Position numbers and translations under genes: made by a program
Shown: in pieces, positions 27,069-37,316 of the stretch
Numbering within the stretch: position 1 is the stretch's first letter
Layout of the letters: every line of letters starts with the position of its first letter
Assembly: GCA_040954595.2 (NCBI GenBank)
Contig: CM082595.2
Span: 4,738,137-4,802,136, forward strand
Reading direction: 5' to 3'
Source of the DNA: Balanoglossus misakiensis
Lineage: Eukaryota > Animalia > Hemichordata
DNA: 64,000 nt
The notes under the pieces: generated by a model
What the model was told of the DNA's origin: nothing
The model's input: the letters and a program-made list of their open reading frames with translations, nothing else
Databases searched by the model: none

Positions 27069-30000
27069 TTAATACACTGTACTGGACACAAAATATGGTT
27101 GGGAGTTCATGCGTCCATTTCTTCAATAACCCCCCCCCCCCCCCCCAGTGTATCAAAATCAGCTGAAAAAGTAGTCAATATCAACCACCACCTGTCGAAC
27201 ACCGGCCTCTGAGTTTAATTTCCAGTCTTATTTGAGCTTCTGATTAGCACGAAAGCGACGATGCATTTGTTACCTTCAAACCTCTCTTAGCAACCCATTT
27301 ATATAGTTTCTATGGCATTTGTCGTCAATTGTGTGATTTAGAATATTCTGAAAAGAGGAACAGAATAAAAAACTTTTGAATTTACAGAGCAATCATATAG
27401 GTTGTATTTAGGCTCTGTCGTCTGATGAAATTATACTCAATTCTAAAGGTTTATTAAGCCTTACTATAAATATGACCGACTTATTTGCAAATACATGTAG
27501 TGTATAATGTGCAAGTCTGGTTTTCACTAGGCTGCGTTTTGCCATTGTGAGTGATACAGCTCGCCAGAATAGCAAAATCACAGCTTGGTATGTTTAACAT
27601 GCCATTACGCATTTTCTGGGATTTTCATTTTATTACATGCGAATAGAGCCCTTAACAGACCCAATGAATTGTAATTACTTCTCGGATGCTGTTAGTCGTA
27701 CAGAATACTTTCAGGGTATTTATTGATCAGCAGGAAGAAAAAAGGGCCATGGAAGTGTTAGTTTGTATGTGGCAATAGAGAGACAAAAATAGATTCCATT
27801 TTGCCCTGATTTGCCTGCCCAATAACTGCCCATCGAACGTCGCAATCTCAAGCACTATGCATTAATTATGAACGGTATTACTCGACTTCTTCAAAGTTCT
27901 GCAGTACATATATGTATAAAGATATCTTCCTTCAGTTTAAAATTTGAAATTTTTTTTCCATTACTTTGCGATACAATTGTCTAGCATTAATTATTCCCAT
28001 TGGAAACACAGTCCTTGTAGTAAACTTCACCCAGACACCTTTGTTGAAAACGAAAACAATTATAGAAATCATACTTCAAAGCACATGCATCATTTTACAC
28101 TAATGTTATGTCAGATCTTGTTATTTTCCTTTCAAGATCCCTGTCCCATTCATTGTGTGGTTCGAATTACAGTGGAGACAGTCTATCCAGCCATAAAGTC
28201 TCGCCCATGTTTTGTTGTTTCGGAAAGTTGATGGCCAACTTTGCACTCAGTGTGGTTTAAACGGCGCGCAGGGGATGAAATGTCGCGCAGCTGTCTGATC
28301 GTATCGACGTAAACGACAGCGGAGTAATTCACTAAAGCGATGGGAAAATCGAACACGATGGGTATTAAAAGCTGTACCAATGCCAGATGTTCACTTGCAT
28401 CTTGCAAAGCCCTAAATCGTGCAGGAATTACTAACATTAGTCGATGCGACTGCTTACCGATTTCTTGGAGATTTGATTTCTTACCTGGAACGATAACACT
28501 CTGTATCAGTGGCAGTATTTTGTTACTAATTCAGTGAGAACTTGATTGTGGGACTGACCATGTGACGCTTGAAACATAGAAAGCAAATTAGGGATGACGA
28601 TATTAACCTCCTTATTGATGAAGGTAACACAAGAAATAGAGCAGTGGTACATGGTCATTATAACATTTGATCACCTACAGGCGGTAATGTAACGCTGTCT
28701 CTAAACACTGAAGTGAAATAAATTCTTTGTTTATTCAATCCCAAAAAGAAAATTTCTCTTGTAAGCACTTGGATCGATAACACAAAAAGACCTAACCAAC
28801 CCTTAGGGGCACGCACTAACATAATCTTTTTCGATAATGAAATTTTGTGAGTGTATGTCTACGAAACAAATTGATGTATCAAAACCATGCCGTGCATAAT
28901 ACCTTACAGGTTATTGGCAAGGTTCTATATTGGACATTTATGCTGTACACGGAAGCAGATACAGACTAAATGCGACTGCTCGGTAATACTAAAAGGGTGA
29001 CAATGACCGTATATTTAAGTTTGCGAAGCCCAATGCCACAGGTTAAATAGAACACTTACAGAGCACGGAATGATGCCGGCATGGTTTATGGTTTGAGATG
29101 AACTCCTTAGTCAATTTTAACAGAGGAATGTCTCGGCGTATTTGTGATTTTTCGTCAAATTGCTGAATGACGTGTGAACATTTTATCAATCTACACTTAA
29201 GGGTCGTGGCCCAAGGCAACGCACTCTTGAATGTAAAGAATTCTCTGTCGGCTGCTGATGTCTGATCCTCGCATGATTTGTAAAAAGAATATGCTTCAAG
29301 AGCATTGTGTGTAACGTGTACACATGGGTCCCGCTGCATCCCTGTGTAAGAGTTGCTTCATGGCTGATGCAGCTATTCTTAAAAATAGGGCTGGTACAGC
29401 GCTGTAAGAATGTATGTGCCATCCTAAGAGATTTCACACAGCCCTGGTGCAGTGCATTGGGTGAACGCACTAACTATTTCAACTTTAACCTGAATTTTAA
29501 ATTTTGCTTTTTGAATCCTGTGTCACGAACATATTTGGCAAGATCACATTGTCTGTACCTGTTGCTTTCATTCGCACACTACACCGTGTGTTGATTTTAA
29601 TAAATATACGTTTACTATAAATATACCTCACTACATGTCTATAAATCGACAAACCAGTAATAAAAGGGTGTATGAAAACAGGAGTTAAATTGGTTCTCAT
29701 TCTCTCATTTTATATTGAAAATTAAATCAGGATGATTGAAAATTTAGTATCGATTTCGCCCGACCTACATATCGAGCCAGAAAATGTCACTTCCTGTTGC
29801 CACGGTTATCACAAGAGCGACAGAAGAATGGGTTTTAATGAGTAGTGCTAACAGGCTGGTGTGGTCTTAAGTGTTCGTCAGAAAAATTAGGAAATCTCAT
29901 TGGGGAAAAGTGCACAGAAAGTGCATTTCAGTGTTCTAAGGATATTATTAGAAATCTTAAGATCATGTAGATATGGGAACTTGTGAGAAATGACATTCAG

Positions 30001-31759
30001 GTTAATGTTACATGTAAATGTTGACTCTATGAAATTGATTTGCCCTTGTTGATTGTAATAATAGAATTGTATTATGTTTGGTGAGACCGCCGCAGATATG
30101 CCCACGTTCAAGTGCGATATGTCACTGGGAATTCATAGTGATTTGTGAAAATTTTCAGCGTAGAATTATTGTAATCAACTCTACAGTGTATACCCATAAC
30201 AATGAATTGGTAGAATTAGACCACGCTAAGATAAGCTCGCAAAGTTACCGTTGCAGATGGCGTTAATAATATTATTTCAACTGTAACTATAGGCTGATGG
30301 CAAATATTCTCCCTTTTTACCGTTTGTTATCCGAGCCTCAACAAACCTTAACGACGACTGGCACTTAAAAATGGGGGTCGACCTTCAAAGGGGTTATGGT
30401 TGTTAATATATCGCCCATCGAGTATAAGTTTTACGTGTGTGTATATAATACAAAATACTGGCAACGTTGGGTCACCTTTAACATTGAAACTTCATCTCGT
30501 GTAACAGCAGCCGTGATTCAAGCCATTTCTGCAAAGCAAACATCCATCTGAATCTGATCGTAAATTGTTATTGAAGTCACTGACATTTTGTGAAACGGGG
30601 ACATTTCTTTTGATACTTTGAAATGGCCGGAATTTGGTTTGCAATTACATCATGGCCGTGGTAATAACATGACTATTAATAGCATATATATTGAAAGATC
30701 ATTGGTTAACGGTGCAAGTGTAGTATTACAAATTTCAAGAGCAGAAGTTGGCATCGACAAAATTCTTCTGTTGACCCCTGTGGACTGGATATAAGCGCGA
30801 ACACAAGTAAAAAACTCACAGTATTACATGCGCTTACATCGACGATGTCTAAATACATAATTAAACTTAAGTGGTTAATGTAAAATACTATTTAGGGCGG
30901 AAGCACAGGTACTTAACGATGATTAAAGCTTTTATTCTTATTACATGTTTGGAGTTTACAGTTTTGACAGCGCACACAAAGCTCCTATAGACATGAGTTT
31001 CTGGAGTTGTAGGAATGTCAAATAAATTTACACTGAAATAGATTAATGTATTTGACTATAAATGTATTTTGAAGTGGTTTCTGAAGTTTTTTAATTCCCC
31101 AAAAATGCAATAACATATGGTCATTTGTGCAAAAGTATGTTTTAACATAAATATTTTCTTTTGACCACTATGTCACACATATGCACGAAAATGGTGTGCT
31201 TGAAAATCACATAATACTCAATTACATATGCACATACTAGATTTCAAACGTTTGAACTACGAACAACCCCTTTACTCTTGACGAAAAGAATCTGCCTTCA
31301 TCTGCTTAAGGACCCTTTTGGCAGAAAAAGGATAAACGACTCCACTGGTCATGATAGCAACCTTCAAATTTAGAATCACAAGCTAAGATTAGCTTCATTC
31401 CCAATTATCGCATAGCCAATTCCGAGAATCTAATGGTTCAACAATCATAACCTGTCACAGCAAATTATGTTCAATGTAATAGAACAAACTTACCGCAAAA
31501 ACACTACTAGACTTTAGCGTGACACACATTTACTTTTCATGAACTCTGTGCTGTAACAGCTAATCAGTTGTAGTATTTCGATTTAAAACAAGGGAATTCT
31601 GGCAATCTCCCTCGGGAATATATTCCCCTTTTAAAGTGGCCTTTCGTCAAATACCATTTAAGAATAGCCACACCCGTGAACAGTATACGAGACTGACTTC
31701 GCAAAGTCAGCTTTGATCTAAACTGGGACGGGTATGCTGATGAATCTCGGGAGAATCTA

Positions 31760-32485
31760 ATTCGACGAACGACAGCGGCGCGGTGACTATAAAAGATTGC
31801 ATTATGCATATCACGGCCTTCCCTGTGGGATTCACTTCACACTCCCGCACGAATCCAAGTCTGAATACAGATTTCCATCCTGGAACCGCGCACCGCGATT
31901 TGCGTAGAGATTGAGCCGCCTGTTTCTCTCGATGGACTGCTACACTTGTTGCATCTGCGTCGACTGCTCGTGCCGTGCGAAGCAGAAATTCAGATCTTCG
32001 GAACGTCAGCGACTGTGACAGGGGCTGAGGTCGCACGAAGCGAACGCACGGTGTCAGCCACGCATCTATTGTGTACCTACTTGTCGATTGATCACAAGCA
32101 GAGAAATCTAAACTCTCCCACAAGATACATTTATCCGTTTGTCGGCAAGCCTTCTCCTCCGGGGCATGTCAATATTATTCGTTTGATTAAATGCGCCACA
32201 CGTTTTCATTATGCCGCGAAAAGCTAGATTACAATTAAGTTAATTCCACCAAATTTAAACTTGACTGTAATGCAGCGTCTACAAACACTGGGTGAGTTAT
32301 TAACGCAATCGTGGTGCGAACTTTTCCAATTCAGTTCAACACTGAAAATAGGGGCTTATTATTCTCTCGGCAAATTTTGCAAATCACACTCATAATCTCA
32401 CTCTTGAGAAAGCATTAATAGCGGCTTTCTCCGTATTGAATCGCATTTCTAAACAGAAGCACGCCTGCCATGCTGGTTGGTGAGT
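31760..32485 (+). promoter_or_regulatory. Candidate CpG-rich promoter and non-coding first exon
   Basis: TATAAAAG at 31788-31795 follows a GC-rich segment, with a CpG-dense stretch from ~31700 to 32250. Donor matches are TGG|GTGAGT at 32292 and TTG|GTGAGT at 32480. It lies ~3 kb upstream of the 35385 acceptor. Confidence 0.45.
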
Positions 32486-35150
32486 TAGTCCCTGCACTCA
32501 CCTACGAACGGACATGTTTCTGTCGTGCCAGACTCCTACCTTTTGCATTGTCCCTCACGTTTGGCCATCTCGCGCAGCAGGGGTATCTATTATTTACGTC
32601 GGCCAGCCTCATCTATGCGAGAAGCCCCGGGGTAACTTGCATTTAAGGAAAGTAAAAAACACCCGCTAGATTTTTTCCAAGTAAGCCACTTAAACGCTAA
32701 GAGGATAAGGGTTATACGAGTGTTTTGATGTAAAATCGTAACAGGTATGCCTATAATACCATATCCTGTCATTAAAATGTAAACATGAAACCATAAGATT
32801 CCCGACAATTATCGTCGATTTAATGCATAATCTCATGTTTTTGTAGTAGTGTTTCCTGGTTTCAAAACAACTGTAACTTTGAAAACTTCTCACTAATCAC
32901 CACAAATCTCACGTTGACAGATTTGATGGGTTTTAAATTACACAATTTGAAAAAAAAAACATTGGTGTTTCAAGGAAGAGTCGGACTATAATGCTGATGA
33001 TTATTTTAGTCCCTGGTGTTATCTTCATCTCATGCCACCTTCCTTTCATACGTATTTGCACTCAATTAAAAATTAGAACGAGCACACTAAAACCATCGAT
33101 GGTGAATTTATCATCTTCATATATTCTCCTCGAAAAAATACGTTCCTAGACAAGCAGTCGACGTAATAAGTTTTTATGAGCGCGTGGATGGAATCATTAC
33201 GCTTCCGTTGTTTTTCAAACGCCTGAATCCATACCCCATGAAATTTAAGACCCGAAATATATCGGTTGCCCCAGCAACCGTACCCCCTGGTGGTATTGAT
33301 GATCACCTTCAGTTGCACGGGTTGATTGAAAGTTGTCATCGCTCAATTAAATTCCGAGGAATGTTGCGTTTAATTGCCGCGGTAGAAATTACGTGGTTCA
33401 GTCGCAGGGAGAAAACGGTGATAGCAGAAAGGCATGGGAGTGTGCCCAGCACTCTGCATTATCCTTATCGAATCAGGGCGCGACCCTTTTAACTTTCGCC
33501 TCCGGGAAAATAGCTATCGGAAATTGTGCGGCTATATCGCTTACAACTTGTATACCAGTGAAATCAATACAGAAACAAATTCTTGTTTTGTCTTCTCATT
33601 GGCCGAGGAGTCTTGGACACACAAGTGTTTATTCTAGGAATATGTGCTTTTCTTTTCTGAGGCATTCAACGCTCTGCAGTCTAATAAGATTCAATTTATT
33701 TCCACATTTTGCACTTTTTAAATTAGCCACACACATATACATGCAGTCACAGCGACTTCTTTGACCTTGACAGTGACAACCGGCTGCTCTGGTGTCAAGT
33801 GTCACGACTACTGTGCAACTTCATGCCCCATGCAGAGAGGCTACAAACACATCATGTTTAACTAACTTTACTCAGGAACCAAATTGGCCATAATTAGGGA
33901 AACAGAAATCTCGTTTGTAACTAATAGTGTTCTCAATGTCCACGTGCCAATCTCTTCAGTGTTTGTGTAGCGACCGTAAGTTTCAACACCCAATACTTCA
34001 ATACTTTTCATAAATTTGACTGAATTATATTTGAAGCGTTTATGTCCGATAAATGGCGGTTGTTAACAGTGTACTATAGCCAGAAATTCAAACCATGCCA
34101 GGTATTTTCGTCGCGCATGGCAACGATGATATCGACTATGCCAACTGCATAACTTTCGTTCCGTGATCATATGTCGTTGCAACGGAATCTTATGGTGCCA
34201 TAAAATAACACTTCTAACGTCGATGGCAAGTACTACACAAACACAAGCCTGAAATATGGGCTTGATGAGTGGCCTCTTTTATAATGGGAACACTTTTATT
34301 TTTAAGTGTCATCAAATTTTACGCAATTTGGCCGTTTGCATGAAAAATGATAGGTCGATCCTAGTTGTGACTTGCGAGATAACGAGCATTGGAATTCCAT
34401 CACGTATGTAGTGTACTATACATGTATCGCGCTCAGTGAAATTTATCAGCAGAGATTGCCGGCCAAACGTGCACGGCTGGCAAGATTTTTATCCATGCCT
34501 TGAATTTGCAATTGCACAGTGTGGGATTAATAGACAGATGGTTAGGCTAGAGGAGTAGAATATTTATTTGGCCCTCAGCAACAATACGTTGGTCTGAACT
34601 CTTTGCAACTAGGGAGCATCAACGTATAGTCTTTACATTTACCTAGTACGTAATATCCATTTCTATTATCCGTGTTCTAGCTCTCTTAGTTGAATGATTG
34701 GTTGGTTGGTTGACAAAGCAGGTGACATTATCATTTTGTAGAACACAAGACTGAGAAACTGCATTTTCTGTGTGCGTGCCCCGCAAGCGTGTAATTACCC
34801 CCTATAGACCTGCAGTCGCAATCAGGAGTCCTTTGTCTTTGACGCCACCCACGGATAGCTTTCTGCAAAACGACTTATGATTCCCCTTGCTTTATTTCAA
34901 AAGTGACTTGTGGGCTCCATCATTGAGAAATAATTGTCCTTCCCTAAGAGCAACCCAGGCAGACACAATCACCGTGGCCGCACACACCAAATATCCACTA
35001 ACCATACCTGTGGTGTACAAATTCAATTATGTCAGATGACATTATATCACAGCCGTGACTTACTCTCCCGTGGATAAGTATGAGGTTTTAAAAAGTCATG
35101 CTGTTCACTGTATTGTGACAGTTAATAAAAACAATCCACCAGTTCAGGGG

Positions 35151-35181
35151 TACATAACGTACATACGTACACATACATACA

Positions 35182-35213
<32 letters not shown>

Positions 35214-35252
35214 AAACATACATACAATACATACATACATACCATACATACA

Positions 35253-35282
<30 letters not shown>
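35151..35282. repeat. (TACA)n microsatellite, interrupted
   Basis: Directly visible; it ends ~100 bp upstream of the 35385 acceptor. Confidence 0.95.
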
Positions 35283-35284
<2 letters not shown>

Positions 35285-35384
35285 AATGGTTATATGTACA
35301 TGTACCCGGTATATACATCTTTTATGTTGGATAAGGCGTATATACATCTTTTAATCTTTCATATTAATCTTTCGTATTTTACAG

Positions 35385-36095
35385 AGTTCAAAAGGAACCA
35401 GGGAAAAAGTAATGTCTGAAAACATTAGTGATTATTTCTGGTGAAATCGGTTTTGAGGAACATAAATACTATCGGAAAGCCTAAATGGTTCTAATAGCGT
35501 CGAATTTAAACATACATGGATTGCTAAATGGACATCACTCCTACCCAACCAAGAGAAAACCCATTTGATGGGTCACTGGGAAAGAAGATTGGAAGAACAA
35601 GTGTGAGATTTGCATCCATTTGCATGTGATTTATTTCTCTGCGCCCGACACGGTGCTGACAGTGTGAGTCCAGTCGTCATGGAGATAGAGAACGCCTTAT
35701 CCAACATCTGTCACTGCGTCATTAATTAACATTTGCCGGTGTATCGTTTCGCTTTACGCGCGCTCGCCAGAAACTCTCCGCCACACAGCGGTGACATGAC
35801 ACAGTCCGAGCGATGAGCTCCTCCCAGCCGGGGATATATCCACCGTGTCTGCTTCCATATCGCTCGATCACTAAGTTATGCTGGCCCGGCAGCAGAAGGA
35901 AGACGACAGACTTTCTGATAACGGCTCGCATCTGCTCCGGTTGCCGACTTAATTGAGCGTACGAACGATCGAACGAACACATGGCGACAAGTATTTTCCG
36001 CCGATAACTGTGCGGTGTGGAAACAGTATACCGCAGTAATTCTTTGAAATATCAGAACAGACTGTGTGTTTTATGCACGGGTGGAACTCACCACC
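35385..36095 (+). other. Putative 5' UTR portion of the ATG-containing exon
   Basis: A pyrimidine-rich tract ending TTTCGTATTTTACAG gives an acceptor at 35384|35385, and the sequence becomes CpG-rich from about 35640 to the ATG. Part of this interval could instead be a proximal promoter. Confidence 0.5.
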
Positions 36096-36390
36096 ATGGG
36101 ATACTGGAAAACAGGGCCAGCGGTGCTCGTGTCTGTCTCTGTGGTGATGACGCTGATTACGGCGCTGACTGCTCTGCAAACGTCGGATGGCAACATCACA
36201 TGGCCTGTCAAGAGAGTCGCCAAGCTGGACGGTGACATCACACTGGGTGGCCTCTTCATCGTGCACAAGCGCTCAGAGATGTTCACGTGCGGGAGGATCC
36301 GTCGAAACGGGCTGCAGGCGCTGGAGATGATGCTCTACACCATCGATAAGGTCAACAACGACTCCAGCTTGCTGCCAGGCATCCGACTCG
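36096..36390 (+). CDS. First coding exon (98 codons + 1 nt, phase-1 donor) of a metabotropic glutamate receptor-family class C GPCR, probably mXR/mangetout-like (class IV)
   Basis: The ATG at 36096 is in the context CCACCATGG. Translation gives MGYWKTGPAVLVSVSVVMTLITALTALQTSDGNITWPVKRVAKLDGDITLGGLFIVHKRSEMFTCGRIRRNGLQALEMMLYTIDKVNNDSSLLPGIRL(G). This is a hydrophobic signal peptide followed by the mGluR N-terminal motifs GD-x-x-LGGLF-x-VH, CG, G-x-Q-x-LE-x-ML-x-x-ID-x-x-N and LLPGI-x-LG. Similarity ends exactly at G|GTAAGT (36391), and codons are GC3-rich compared with the flanks. Confidence 0.95.
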
Positions 36391-36537
36391 GTAAGTGGTA
36401 CTCTATCAACGATACCCTCATGGCAGAGTACAATATTTACATCTGCAGCAATGTGAGTTGTGAGAGACGCCTGGGCTCCTTTCGTTGTGATTTGCCCAGA
36501 ATAGTGGTTGAAACAAACCTCTCCGATATAGATGCAA

Positions 36538-36630
36538 TCATCTCTCTCTCTCCATGTCTCTTTTTCCACATCTATCTCTCTCTTTCCACCTCTTTTTTTA
36601 TCTCTTTATCTCTTTCCATCTGTCTCTTCT
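36538..36630. repeat. CT-rich low-complexity tract
   Basis: Degenerate (CT)n/(TCTA)n near the intron 5' end. Confidence 0.8.
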
Positions 36631-36733
36631 ATATCAGCATTATTTTTGCCCCTCTCCGCAAACACCCATGTCCATATACGTATAGACCATTATTCATTTC
36701 TATTTTGTAATTTCTTAGCTACAGTCTTATATA

Positions 36734-36939
36734 CTGTAAAACACTTTATTTTCGCGAGCAATAAATTTTCGCCAAATACACGAGAGCCAAAATAGCGTGA
36801 AAATAAAAAGTCGCGTAAATTTTTTTGAAGATAATGATGCAGTGAATGAAATAGGAAAATGCAAAGTTAATACTCGCGAAACAGTGGCCTCTCTCGATAT
36901 CGCGAAAATTTCAACTTGCGAAAATAAAGTGTTTTACAG
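36734..36939 (-). mobile_element. MITE, ~206 bp, same family as 4631-4838, inverted, in the receptor intron
   Basis: It has the same TIRs and TA flanks. The internal sequence is the reverse complement of copy 1, for example GAAGATAATGATGCAGTGAATGAAATA and GTGGCCTCTCTCGATATCGCGAAAA. Confidence 0.92.
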
Positions 36940-37300
36940 TATCTGACCAATGCATTCAACATGTCTGATTACTAATGAAAGAAAATCATCTTGCACTCTC
37001 AGCTTTGTCATTTCTGGGTTTTAAACACAATCATCTTTATGCAGTACAAAGGCCATCACATCTTGAATGTTGTCAAGAAAGATTTTATTACCAAGAAAGT
37101 AATTGGATAATGGCGTGTTGAGCCTTTGCCCGGACGTTGTGTTAATTTTGTCGACACTGATCGGTTGTGACAAGTAACGATGCCAGGCAGGTTCTGTTGT
37201 TTCATCCGTGGCAGACAGATGTAGATGTTACTTAATTTACAATCTGGAATTGGTTTACCATTGGTATGGATTACGGTGATGTCTCAGCCGACGCTAATTT

Positions 37301-37316
37301 GAGAGAGAGAGAGAGA
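37301..37316. repeat. (GA)8 microsatellite
   Basis: Directly visible. Confidence 0.85.

Noticed and set aside
27130-27146. C17 homopolymer (also G/C runs at ~8061, ~13217 and ~20880) as G-quadruplex elements
   Set aside because: These are simple homopolymer runs, apparently parts of old MITEs, with no further evidence of function.
35641-35661. RE1/NRSE (REST) site on the minus strand
   Set aside because: Only the left half (TCAGCACC) matches, and the GGACAG half is absent.
36066-36095. ORF-track start at 36066
   Set aside because: It is a GTG start called under a prokaryotic-style rule. The ATG at 36096 has a perfect Kozak context and directly precedes the signal peptide.
36391-36710. Continuation of the 214-aa ORF past the donor, with a hydrophobic 'transmembrane-like' tail
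   Set aside because: Homology stops at the GTAAGT donor, and the hydrophobic run is just translation of a CT-rich low-complexity tract. The GTGAGT at 36453 would be phase 0, incompatible with the phase-1 junction.
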